Counted from the stretch's first letter, positions 19,728 through 29,698 are shown. The stretch is 64,000 nt of DNA from an uncultured Acidobacteriaceae bacterium (GCA_963710965.1 CAVQCP010000038.1:47157-111156), one strand, 5' to 3'. Translations and numbers: made by a program. Notes: a model not told the origin generated them from the letters alone.

Positions 19728-19786
19728 CTCAGATGATTGGTTTCAGTTGTTATTCCCGGTTCAACTTTGTCATCCGCAATTCAACT

Positions 19787-19880
19787 TGTAATCCCGAGTG
19801 CAGCGAGGGACCCTGGTGTCCGCCCGCGGTGCCCTGTAGGCTGGCAAGAACCAGGGTCCCTCGCGTCGCTCGGGATGACA
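19787..19880. repeat. imperfect palindromic intergenic element (family 1 variant)
   Basis: TGTAATCCCGAGTGCAGCGAGGGACCCTGGT...ACCAGGGTCCCTCGCGTCGCTCGGGATGACA, with arms about 30 nt long. Confidence 0.8.
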
Positions 19881-19976
19881 ACACTGCGCACGACAACATG
19901 ACAACCCTTCTGGACAGCCTTACCGATGCTGACAATTTTATCGATGATGACCCTTGCTCGTGATGCCAACCCTGGC

Positions 19977-20777
19977 TCATCCCGCCCGCTTCTCTTCCCG
20001 CGCCTTGCGCTGTTTGGGATGCACCAGCCATGCGATGCCGATGCTGGCGATATACAGGCCCACCATGGGTGCGGCAAAAATGCACATGCTTAGAATGTCA
20101 GGGGTCGGGGTCACGATCGCGGCTACGATAAAAATCAGCAGGATCGCGTAACGAAAATTCTTCCACATAAAACCGGCGCTCACGATGCCCATTAACGCCA
20201 GAAAGAAAATGATGATCGGCAACTCGAAGATCAATCCCATTCCGAGAATGATGCTGAGAAACAGGGAGGTATATTCGGAGATGGTGATCATGGGCTGAAA
20301 CTGTGCGCCGAAGCCGATCAGAAAATCGAGCGCGCGCGGATAGACGATGCGGTAGCCGAAATATCCTCCGGCGGAAAACAAGGCGATCGTCGACGCCATG
20401 AAGGGCATGACATAGCGCTTTTCGTTGCGATAAAGACCGGGAGAGATGAACATCCACACCTGGTAGAGGACGAAGGGCGAGGTGAGAAATAATCCGGCGA
20501 TGGCGGCAATCTTCAAGTAAAGATTGAAAGGGTCCACCGGATTCAAATAAACCAGCTTCTCCGAGAGGCCGTGAGCTCGGAGCGCATCCACGATCGGTTT
20601 CTGCATCACGCCGTAGATTTTTTCGCGATAGCCCCAGCAGGCGAAAAAGCCAACGGCCACGGCTGCGATGGAGTAGACCAGGCGTGAGCGCAATTCCTCG
20701 AGGTGATCGAGGAATCCCATGGTGGGCATGGCTTCGCGCTTGGCGCCGCTGGATGCCTCAGTCGTGCTACTGGACAT
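19977..20777 (-). CDS. tatC: twin-arginine translocase subunit TatC
   Basis: FLDHLEELRSRL N-terminus and 6 TM helices. The internal ATG (M31 of the listed ORF) gives an 11-nt overlap with the upstream tat gene. Confidence 0.9.
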   Translation of the reverse strand: MSSSTTEASSGAKREAMPTMGFLDHLEELRSRLVYSIAAVAVGFFACWGYREKIYGVMQKPIVDALRAHGLSEKLVYLNPVDPFNLYLKIAAIAGLFLTSPFVLYQVWMFISPGLYRNEKRYVMPFMASTIALFSAGGYFGYRIVYPRALDFLIGFGAQFQPMITISEYTSLFLSIILGMGLIFELPIIIFFLALMGIVSAGFMWKNFRYAILLIFIVAAIVTPTPDILSMCIFAAPMVGLYIASIGIAWLVHPKQRKAREEKRAG

Positions 20778-21219
20778 GCGATTCCTGCGAGGTTGCCGGA
20801 GACTCGGCGACGGGCTCGGTGGCAGGGAGCGAATTTGAAGGCGGCGCAGAATCGGATGGCGCTGCATTCGGAAGTGGCGCGGAGGGCGCGGCCACAGCGG
20901 CAGGAGCAGCCAGAGTAGCCGAGGTTTCAGGCGCGGGCGCGTTGGCCAGCGATGACGTGGACGATGGATTATTGGCGGCGGGATTCAGGCTCAGGCTGGC
21001 AACCGCTCCCGGGGGCGGCTGCGTGGGCGGTAGAATGGTCTGCCTTTTTTCGACCTCGGCGTGGGCGATTTCGGTTTCGATCTGCGAACGGAATTCGTTG
21101 GAGGCGCGGCGCAACTCGGCGAGCAGCTTTCCGGCTTGACGAGCCATCTCCGGCAGCTTCTTGGGCCCGAAGAGAACCAGGGCCAGGAAGAACAGGAAAA
21201 TGGTGTCGGAAAAACTCAT
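20767..21219 (-). CDS. Sec-independent translocase TatA/TatB-family protein with a long Pro/Ala-rich tail
   Basis: MSFSDTIFLFFLALVLFGPKKLPEMAR is the canonical TatA/B N-terminus. ATG at 21219. Confidence 0.8.
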   Translation of the reverse strand: MSFSDTIFLFFLALVLFGPKKLPEMARQAGKLLAELRRASNEFRSQIETEIAHAEVEKRQTILPPTQPPPGAVASLSLNPAANNPSSTSSLANAPAPETSATLAAPAAVAAPSAPLPNAAPSDSAPPSNSLPATEPVAESPATSQESHVQ

Positions 21220-21315
21220 CGCATCATCATAACGGCCAGAGCGCAATGGCGGCAATCAGAAGACAAGATGTTGACAAGGCTCGCGCGGCCGGGTTGAGCT
21301 TTGCCGGGTTGAGCT

Positions 21316-23340
21316 TTAAGGAGCGGGCTTCAGCACCACGGTGTTTCGCTCGTCGCTCGCGATGATGCGGTAAAACTTCCTCAGCTCCTCGGCTTTATCG
21401 ACGGGTACGCTCAACTGTTTCACTTCGAAGGTGCGAGTGTAATCGACGACGTTGCCTTTCACTTCGGTTTTGGAGTGATAGCTGGCGAAGCCAAAATCGG
21501 CATCGACCGCGGGAGGCACGTCATCGACCGCATATCCCGCGGGGATGGTGATTTCAAAGCTATCGGTATCGCTGGCCGGACCTTCAAACTCGATGGGAAA
21601 CCGGCGCGGCTCTTTAGTCTCCAGAAATCCGGAGCCCTTCTGGCCGATCACGCGCGGGCGCACCAGCAATAGGTTTCCGGCGTTCTTGGCGTAGTTGGGC
21701 GCTTCGAAGGTGTAGTTGAAGCCGAAGGGCTGGTCGGTCATGTGCTCATTTACCAGGCTGGCGCGGGTGATGCGGTAATTGGCCAGCGAACTGCCCAGCA
21801 ACTCCTCGATCGGCTTGATGCGGTCAACGTCCTTGGTTACCGTGCGCAACCGCTCCCGCTCGGAGGACGCGCGCTCGCCCAACCGCGTTTCTTTTACCTC
21901 GCCCTTCAAGGTGCCCGTCGCGTCGAGAGTAAGTTTAGCGGTGCGTTGAACGCTGTTCATGGCTGAGGGCTGCTGCGGCAGTTCCGCTAACTCGCCGCCG
22001 CTGGGCGTCACCAGCAGACCGTAGTTACCTTGCAAGTAGCCTCCGACCTGGCCAAAGGGGATCAACTCGTTTGTGGGGTCAAAAAACAGAAGCCTACCCA
22101 GCCTGGGATGCTGGATGGTGGCGATGAGGGACGGATCCGTCATGCTGTCGGGCAATTTGATGGCGGTGATCACGTGGTTAAAGCTGTTGTGCGCTGGCAT
22201 GTCACGGGTCACCGCTCCGCGCTGTGCGTTAATGACTACGAAGTAGGAGTCCACGCCAATTTCGCGCAGCATGGAACGCACCAAGGTCGCTTTATCCTTG
22301 CAGTCTCCGTAGCGATGCGCGAATACCTCCGGCGCGGGATGGGGCTGGTAACCGCCGATGCCAAGATTAATGGCTACATAGCGGATGTTTTGCTGAACGA
22401 ATGCGGCGATCGCCTGCATTTTCTCAAGCTGCGTCGATTTGGAAGTGGTGAGCGCCGCCACATGTTGTTTCACTTCTGGCGAAGCATCCACACGATCTCC
22501 GATCAGACTGGAATACCACTTTCCCATCGTGTCCCAGTCCACATTGGAATTGATGGCCATTTTTTCCGACGTGAAGAACGACAACACCATCTGCCCTGCG
22601 ACCCCATTCAGCGGGGGCATGAGGGGTTCATGCCGGATTTCTTTTACGTCTGTGACCACCCACTGCCAGGAGTTGCTTCCGGTCTGCGTGGGCTTCACCT
22701 CGGCATGATTGAGCCATGATGCTTTGAATTCCCATCCCGGAGGAAGTTGCAGAGAATAACGGCTCTCCCGCACTGGATCGTGTTGCTGGAACTCCCAGAT
22801 GTTTTGCAAAAAAAAGGGACGCTCCTCCGTTTCGTACTCGTAGCCAACAATGTTGCCGACCTCCGGCGCGGGAATCTGCAGCATTTTCACCTTGGCGTCT
22901 GAGATGAGCACGAACTCCGGCGAGGCAGCACCCTCGACTGCATCTTTCTCCTTGACTTCATAATCCTTGCCCTGCGCGGGAATACACCAACCGCGAAGGC
23001 TGTTGATCTTCGTTTGGGAGTCGAAAGGAACTCCCACAGTGCCGTGCTGGCGGCCGTTGGGGCGAAGAATCTTGTAAGCTTCCCGCACGTGGGTGCGCTT
23101 CTTATCGGAAGAGATTACGGTAACGTCGGTTTCGGAATAAAGCAGCACCGCGTCAGTTTTTTCATCGTGAACCGGCAGCGGGGCATTCACCAGCGCGTGC
23201 ATCCATGGGGGTGCATCTGCTCCGGCCGTGGCTCGCGGGACGCAAGCCAGAATGCAGGCCACGGCGAAGGCAAGCAGAGACGCCCGCCGGCTAATTGATC
23301 GCGGTAGTTGCGGCTGGCTGCAGGACAACTTGTTGCTCAT
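21316..23340 (-). CDS. DUF3857 / transglutaminase-like cysteine protease core / DUF3858 envelope protein (paralog 1, triad intact)
   Basis: Signal peptide. YGDCKDKATL (Cys about aa 347), FNHVITAI (His about 389), FFDPTNE (Asp about 421). Confidence 0.8.
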   Translation of the reverse strand: MSNKLSCSQPQLPRSISRRASLLAFAVACILACVPRATAGADAPPWMHALVNAPLPVHDEKTDAVLLYSETDVTVISSDKKRTHVREAYKILRPNGRQHGTVGVPFDSQTKINSLRGWCIPAQGKDYEVKEKDAVEGAASPEFVLISDAKVKMLQIPAPEVGNIVGYEYETEERPFFLQNIWEFQQHDPVRESRYSLQLPPGWEFKASWLNHAEVKPTQTGSNSWQWVVTDVKEIRHEPLMPPLNGVAGQMVLSFFTSEKMAINSNVDWDTMGKWYSSLIGDRVDASPEVKQHVAALTTSKSTQLEKMQAIAAFVQQNIRYVAINLGIGGYQPHPAPEVFAHRYGDCKDKATLVRSMLREIGVDSYFVVINAQRGAVTRDMPAHNSFNHVITAIKLPDSMTDPSLIATIQHPRLGRLLFFDPTNELIPFGQVGGYLQGNYGLLVTPSGGELAELPQQPSAMNSVQRTAKLTLDATGTLKGEVKETRLGERASSERERLRTVTKDVDRIKPIEELLGSSLANYRITRASLVNEHMTDQPFGFNYTFEAPNYAKNAGNLLLVRPRVIGQKGSGFLETKEPRRFPIEFEGPASDTDSFEITIPAGYAVDDVPPAVDADFGFASYHSKTEVKGNVVDYTRTFEVKQLSVPVDKAEELRKFYRIIASDERNTVVLKPAP

Positions 23341-25280
23341 CGCCGGTCCTCACTGTCTGAAAAAATTCACGTACGGTGGGGTAATACTTGGTCTCCAACA
23401 TCAGGACGTTCACTTTTACCTTGCGAGTCAGATGCAGAGAACTCGCGGCTTTCTCCGTCGTCAGAGTGTAGGCAACGGCCTTCATGTCGTGGTTCTGCGC
23501 AGGGGGCACGCTCTGTACCTGCCAGCCGGAAGGCAGATCGATGGTCACGTCGTCCAGCCGTTCGAAGGGAAACTGGAAATAGAGCGGGTAAACCCGATTG
23601 GCGTGCTCGAATATGTGCTTTTCTGGGGCGCTGAAGATTCCCACGGGCATTAAGGCGCGGCGCCCCGCTCCCGAAACCCAGCCGGGAATTTTCAAGCTGA
23701 ACTCGGCGACCAGAGGTTGCGACGAACTCTTCCAATCCGGCTGGTTGGTAAGATCGAGTTCGACTCCCACAGGGAAATATTCCCGAACGCCTTCCTCAAG
23801 ATATTTTTTCTTCTCAACATCGTCGCTGTGCAGTACTTCCACCCGCCGAGTCACGCCCTCAAGGCCGGTGTATCTGACAGTAAGCTTTCCTTCTAGGTCT
23901 CCAGTATCGGTGAGCTTTAACTGGGCGCTGCGCTCGATGCGAGATTCGGAACTGTCAGGAAGCCGGGTTTTGACCCAGGTGCCTCCGTCTTTATCAAGTC
24001 GAAGTCCGGCCACGCCGGTTTCTTCCCATTCCAAAAGTCCAAAGGGAGTGCAGGCTGCGCCGGGGTCGAAAAAAGCATCGGCGCCGTTGAGCTTGACCAG
24101 GATGACGCTCGCGTCCAAGCGGCTGAGGTCCATGGTTTGAGGCGAAAAGAAGTAGTTGCGGCGATCGGAGGCATAGACGGCATAGGCCTCAAATCCGGCG
24201 GCACGTGCCAGAGCCAGGAAGAGCCAGTCTAGATTGGTGCCATTGGCATAGCCGCGACTCCACACTTCCTGCACGTTGGCCGGTTCCTTTTCGTTGGCGC
24301 GCTTGTCTTCCTGCTGGGTTTTGGTTAGCTCGTAAGAAGTGTTGCGAAACTGTTGCACGCGATCATAGATTTTGTGCAGCCTTATCTCGGGAGCATCGCT
24401 GGGAGGGGCGATTTGCGCGGCGATGCTTTCCATGGCTTTCGGTTTTCCCACGAAAGATTCGACCCGGGCGTTTAATTTCTTTCCTTTCTCCTTCCAGAAT
24501 TTATTGACGTTCTGGTTCGAAGGCCTCCTGGCTGTAGATGAACTCCACGCGCGCCTTGAGCTCGCTCTCGGGCGGCATGAAATCTTCTGGCTGGAAGGCA
24601 GGGATGTCATGCGCTTCCATGCGCACGATGTGATCGGGGCCTTCCTGCGGCGCAGTTACGCCGGGCGGCAAATACGGCCGCCAGCGGACGGAAAATGGAT
24701 TTTGAAAACTTCCCTTGTAGGGCTTCAGAGAAAATTTAGCGGCTTTGGTGAAGAGATCCTGGCTCAACATCCAGTTTGAGTCATACAGCGAATACTCTTT
24801 GAAGTCGTAGGTGAAGTAATATTCGATGACGCTTCCGACTTGCACGTCCGGAAGCGTGAAGGTCTTCGCCATGTACTTAAGGCCGCGGGCCTTGACAATC
24901 TCTTTTTCGAAGACCTTGCCCTCGAATTCGGCGACCGTGCCATCGGGCCGGATGGTGCGGGCGTGCAGATGGATAACGTCGTTGCCTCCTTTGAGAAACG
25001 GGATCTCGACGTTGGCGTTCTTTCGACCTTCTTCGGTAAGGATTTTGATTCGGATGTAGTCGTCTTCGTGGGAGGTGACGCCGTTGTCGTCGCGATCCAC
25101 CTGACGATAAAGAATGATGGCGGGAGCGCCCGGGGCCAGCGGTTCGCTGGTCATCTTTAGTTCTTCAGGATTGGGCGGCTGAAAACCCACACCCGCATGA
25201 ACCAGAACCGGGCAGAAACTGCCGACGGCTAAGATCACGAGTAGTATTCCGTAGGACGTTTTGATTAGACGACGTAACAA
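23291..25280 (-). pseudogene. DUF3857/TGase-like/DUF3858 paralog 2, split by a 1-nt frameshift near 24505
   Basis: ORFs 24501..25280 and 23291..24610 align collinearly with the N- and C-terminal parts of the 700-aa paralog 3. The join is IYSQEAFEP| |NVNKFWKEKGKK. Confidence 0.65.
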
Positions 25281-25345
25281 GTTCCATCTCCCTGAGAGCT
25301 GCCGTTTAACCAGCTCTCATCTTGCTTAAAGATTCGCGCCGTGCC

Positions 25346-27448
25346 TCAGTTTCCGGATGCTTTGGCAACTGCGGGTTGCAGCACGATCTGCTCTTCATCG
25401 GAACTTCTTACCAGCTGATAAAAGCTGCGCAACTGCGGATAATATTTTTGCTCCAGGATCATGAAATTCACTTTGAGGGTGCGCGACAGATGCAGCGCAT
25501 CCTTGGCAGCCTCGACTTTCAGGTCGTAACCCACCAGCGGCGTATCAATGCCCGACGCTTTGGGAAGGCTCTCGGTCTGCCAGCCTGCGGGAAGCTGAAT
25601 CGAAACGTCGTCGACTTTTTCGTAGGGGTAATCGAAGTAAATGGGATGAACCCGATTGGCGTGTTCGAAGATGTGTTTCTCGCCGCCGGTGAAAACTCCT
25701 GCGGGAAGCAGAACGCGCTTGCCGGCATTGGAGGCCCAGCCGGGAACTTTTATGTCGAACTCCGCCACGAGCGGTGTTTCTGAACCGGCACAGTCGGGCT
25801 GGTTTGTTAGCGTCGCCTCGGCCGGCATCGAAATCTGGTTCTTGGCGCGGTCTTCGAGAAACTTCTTTCGGGTTACCTCGTCATCGTGGCGGACATCGAG
25901 CCGATGGTACATGGCTTCGAGGCCGGTATAAGTGAGCGTAAGTTTCCCCTCGAGATCGCCCGCTTCGGAGAGTTTCAATTCCGCTCGCCGCTCGATGCGG
26001 GATTGTGAACTCGGCGGCAGTGGAGTTTTGATCCAGCTTCCGCCATCTTTATCGAGCCGAAGCCCTTGCACTCCCGTCTTCGACCAGGGCAGCATGCCGA
26101 ACGGGGTGAACTCACCTCCCGGATCGAAGTACATGTCACTTCCGTTGAGCTTGACCAAGACGACGTTGGAATCGAGCTTCCAGCCCTGCATCGTGGCCTG
26201 ATTAAAAAAGTAGTTCTTACGATCGGAGACCCAGGCACCGTAGGCCTCGAAGCCGGCGGCACGAACCAGTGCCAGATAAAGCCAAGTCAGTTGTACGTGG
26301 TTCCCGTAACCGCGCTTCCACACGTCCTCCACGTTTTCGTCCGCTTTCTCTTTCTCGCGATGTTCCTCCTGCTGAGTTTTTTGTAGTTCGAAGGATTTAT
26401 TACGAATTTGCTGCACCCGATCATAGATTTTTCGCAGCTTCAGCTCGGGGGGATCGCTGGGCGAAACGACCTGACTTACAGCTTCGTCCATAGCCTTGTG
26501 CTTTCCAACGAAACTTTCTAACTCGAGGTTTGCCCGCTGCCCCGCCATCTTCCAGAAGCTGTCCGGGTTGCTATCGGCGGCTTCGCTGTAAAAGAAATCC
26601 ACCCGCGCCTTCATTTCGTTTGCGGGCGGCATGTAATCTTCGGTTTGAAAGGCGGGGATGTTATTCACTTCCATGCGCACCACGTGTTCGTGATCTTCTT
26701 TCGCCTCGGCGCCAGGCGGCAGCGCGTGCCAACTCCAGCGGAGGTTCATGGGCCCCGCGGTAAATCCCGAGCCAATTGGTCTGCGGCCAGCGAACCTGTG
26801 AGCTTTCAGTGAAAACTTGGCATTCCTGGTGAAAAGCTCATCATTCACAATCCAAGACGACCCGTAGATGTACGGCCCCTTGATTTCAATTGTGAAGTAG
26901 TACTCAAGGATGCAGCCGACCTGGACATTCGGCAGGGTAAAGACTTTCGCTATGTAGCTGGCGTTCCTGGCCTTTACGAGCGACTTTTCAAAAATTTCGC
27001 CGTCGAAGGGAATAATTGAGCCATCGGTTTCGATGGTTCGCGCCTTAATCTTGACTACGTCCGCACGGTCCTTGAGAAATGGAATTTCTATGTTAGCTCG
27101 CTGCCGTCCTTCCTCCGTCAAGACTTTGATTCGCAGGTAATGTTCTTCCTGAGGGGGATAGTGGTCATCGTCGCGATCCACCTGACGATAAAGAATGATG
27201 GCGGGAGCGCCCGGGGCCAGCGGTTCGCTGGTCATTTTCAGCTCTTCAGGATTGGGCGGCTGAAAACCGACGCCGGCGTGAACTGTGACGGGGCAGAAAT
27301 TGCCAACAGCCAAGACGAGGCCAATGGCGCAAAAGGCGGAGAAACCCACTCGACGAAGTGACACGGTCCAACTCCCTAGATTGGCTACCAGACGGGCCCC
27401 CGCGAGCTGGTGATCGACAACCATACTGCGGGATGGCAATCTCGTCAA
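25346..27448 (-). CDS. DUF3857/TGase-like/DUF3858 paralog 3 (catalytic Cys and His replaced)
   Basis: Collinear with paralog 2. The TGase-core position reads GYGNHVQLTWLYLALVRAAGFEA (no Cys). The true start may be the GTG at 27364, which would match the N-terminus of paralog 2. Confidence 0.8.
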   Translation of the reverse strand: MTRLPSRSMVVDHQLAGARLVANLGSWTVSLRRVGFSAFCAIGLVLAVGNFCPVTVHAGVGFQPPNPEELKMTSEPLAPGAPAIILYRQVDRDDDHYPPQEEHYLRIKVLTEEGRQRANIEIPFLKDRADVVKIKARTIETDGSIIPFDGEIFEKSLVKARNASYIAKVFTLPNVQVGCILEYYFTIEIKGPYIYGSSWIVNDELFTRNAKFSLKAHRFAGRRPIGSGFTAGPMNLRWSWHALPPGAEAKEDHEHVVRMEVNNIPAFQTEDYMPPANEMKARVDFFYSEAADSNPDSFWKMAGQRANLELESFVGKHKAMDEAVSQVVSPSDPPELKLRKIYDRVQQIRNKSFELQKTQQEEHREKEKADENVEDVWKRGYGNHVQLTWLYLALVRAAGFEAYGAWVSDRKNYFFNQATMQGWKLDSNVVLVKLNGSDMYFDPGGEFTPFGMLPWSKTGVQGLRLDKDGGSWIKTPLPPSSQSRIERRAELKLSEAGDLEGKLTLTYTGLEAMYHRLDVRHDDEVTRKKFLEDRAKNQISMPAEATLTNQPDCAGSETPLVAEFDIKVPGWASNAGKRVLLPAGVFTGGEKHIFEHANRVHPIYFDYPYEKVDDVSIQLPAGWQTESLPKASGIDTPLVGYDLKVEAAKDALHLSRTLKVNFMILEQKYYPQLRSFYQLVRSSDEEQIVLQPAVAKASGN

Positions 27449-27550
27449 TAGCCGTTTCGGGGCTTATGACCCAGGGCAGAAAAAGTTGCTTTCCACGACG
27501 AAATCGCTCACAATGCGCGGTTCGCCGGCTAGGGCGCCTGCGACGTACGT

Positions 27551-29392
27551 ATGAACATCCTGAATGTTTCGCTGCTATCACTGGCTCTGCTCGCGTTTTC
27601 CACGCCATCGTTCTCCGCCGAGAAGCCATGGCGCCAGATCAACTCGCCTCACTTCCGTGTGATCACCAACGGAACTGACAGTCGGGCGCGGCATGTGGCG
27701 CGCGCCTTTGAGCAGATGCGGGCTGTCTTTGCCAGCCAGTTTCCCGGCTTTCGCCTCGACTCCGCCGAGCCCCTTCTGATCATGGCTCCGGAAGACGAAA
27801 ACTCCGCCAGGAAACTGCTGCCGGAATTTTGGAAATTTAAAGGGCCCAAACCTGACGGCGTTTATTTTCAGTCCTGGGAACAGCCCTACGTGATGGTGCG
27901 CCTGGACATGATTGAACACGAGGATCTCTTACCCGATCAGTTCGCCATCGTCTATCACGAGTATGTTCACTCGCTCTTGCATTTGAATCTTCATTGGCTT
28001 CCGACCTGGCTGGACGAAGGCATGGCGGAGTATTACGCCTATACGCGCTTTGAAGGTAAGTACGCACTGATTGGCGCACCTCCCCGAAATATGGCCCATT
28101 TGTCGTTCCTGCGCTATCGCCCTTCCATACCGCTGGCTAAATTTCTCGATCAGCAAGGTTCGTTTACCCACAGCGCGGAGGACACGGAACTTTATTACGC
28201 CCAATGCTGGGCACTGACTCACTACCTCACCATGGCCCCGGGCATGGAGCTTGGCGATCGCCTCAACAAATTTTTCCGTGCGATACAGGCAGGGACGGAC
28301 CAGAAGAAAGCTTTTCAGGACACCTTCGGCGATTTTGCCCAAGTGCAGCAGGATTTCGATCAGTACGTGCGGCATTTCACATTCCTGAGCAAACAGGTTC
28401 TCGCGCCCGCGAGAATCGAGGACAAAGACTTTTTAGCTCGATCGCTTACGCTCGCCGAGACGGAAGCTGAAATGGCGTCTTTTTACGCATCGACACATCA
28501 GTGGAAGCTGGCTCGTGAAGCGAGTGAATCCGCCGAGAAGAACGATCCTAAACTGCCCCTGGCTCATCAGGAGATGGGCTTCGTTCTCTTACAGGAGGGC
28601 AAAGACGAGCAGGCAACGCAAGAATTGTCGCAAGCCATTGAACTTGACCAGAACCTTTACCGGGCGTTGTTCGCCAAAACCATGCTCTCGTCTCTTCCTC
28701 ATTCAGCAAATCCGGCGGATCGGGTCGAGTTCCGAACGCAACTCTCGAAGGTGGCGAAGATCAACCCTCAGTTCGCTCCGGCGTACATCGAGTTGGCGAA
28801 GCTCGATGTGGCGATGGGAATGCCGGACATCGCTCTTGGGCCAGCGCTGAAAGCCGAGCAACTCGAGCCCTGGCGCGCCGGCTATCATCTGCTCACCGGA
28901 CAAATCCTGCTGCGTTTGAACCGCCTGCCCGAGGCGGCCGATCATGCCTCCTATGTCGCGGAGCACTGGATCTCTCCCGATCATGATGAGGCGATGGAAC
29001 TCTGGAGCGAGATTCCAGCGGAGAAACGTCCCGCCAATGCTCCCGTCGATCCACCGCTTGAAAAGGATGTCAGCCGCGCTGAGGGGCTGGTGAAATCGGT
29101 CGAGTGCCGCGACGATAAAACCACGATTGTGCTGGAACGCGCCAGCCAGCCGCCGCTCACCTTCAACATTCACCATGCAAGCGGCGGATTCTCCGATATG
29201 CTTTGGGTTGGCGAAGATCATTTCACTCCCTGCTATCACACCGTCGGGTTGCGCGCGGTGATCCTTTATAAGCCGGCAACGGACAAGGCTTACTCCGGCG
29301 ATGCCGTGCTTTACGGCTTCCGGGATGACCTCGCTCCTGCGAAAGCGACCGGCCTGGCCGGCGGAAAGCAGGTCCCTCCACGCGAAGAATGA
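27551..29392 (+). CDS. secreted HExxH (MA-clan, DUF1570-like) metallopeptidase with C-terminal TPR-like repeats
   Basis: Signal peptide. HEYVH followed by LDEGMAEYY (candidate third ligand Glu). Helical repeats in the middle. The last 11 codons lie in a repeat element. Confidence 0.6.
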   Translation: MNILNVSLLSLALLAFSTPSFSAEKPWRQINSPHFRVITNGTDSRARHVARAFEQMRAVFASQFPGFRLDSAEPLLIMAPEDENSARKLLPEFWKFKGPKPDGVYFQSWEQPYVMVRLDMIEHEDLLPDQFAIVYHEYVHSLLHLNLHWLPTWLDEGMAEYYAYTRFEGKYALIGAPPRNMAHLSFLRYRPSIPLAKFLDQQGSFTHSAEDTELYYAQCWALTHYLTMAPGMELGDRLNKFFRAIQAGTDQKKAFQDTFGDFAQVQQDFDQYVRHFTFLSKQVLAPARIEDKDFLARSLTLAETEAEMASFYASTHQWKLAREASESAEKNDPKLPLAHQEMGFVLLQEGKDEQATQELSQAIELDQNLYRALFAKTMLSSLPHSANPADRVEFRTQLSKVAKINPQFAPAYIELAKLDVAMGMPDIALGPALKAEQLEPWRAGYHLLTGQILLRLNRLPEAADHASYVAEHWISPDHDEAMELWSEIPAEKRPANAPVDPPLEKDVSRAEGLVKSVECRDDKTTIVLERASQPPLTFNIHHASGGFSDMLWVGEDHFTPCYHTVGLRAVILYKPATDKAYSGDAVLYGFRDDLAPAKATGLAGGKQVPPREE

Positions 29393-29429
29393 TCGGCTTC
29401 GCCGCTCATTCTCCTTGGTCGGGATGACA
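29358..29429. repeat. family 1 element, single arm, overlapping the 3' end of CDS 27551..29392
   Basis: It matches the reverse complement of the left arm of 34995..35149 almost base for base. Confidence 0.8.
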
Positions 29430-29698
29430 GGCGTCAGTTTGAGACCGAATGCCCACTCATCGCTGGCTCAAATTAAGCTTGAAAAGCCTGGTGTAGAAGC
29501 TCGTGCAGAAGATAGGGAACTTCGAGCCCGTTTGACGCATCTTAAGTAGCAGCGGAAGATCCTAAAGGGCGTGTACCGGCAGGTTACCAGTGGTAACGAT
29601 TGCTGTCGGGGCGCGTCTAAACCGGTGATATACTGCGAATTAACAGCGCGGCAACTGGGGTGGTTCGTCAACCCTCAAATTCGAAGGAAAAACTCAAG

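Noticed and set aside
29301-29549. ORFs encoding the recurring peptide SRSLHA..RLRRSF.LVGMT (29301..29549, 34851..35150, 62416..62679).
   Set aside because: The shared peptide is a read-through of the family 1 palindromic repeat. The ORFs have no RBS and no conserved sequence outside the repeat.
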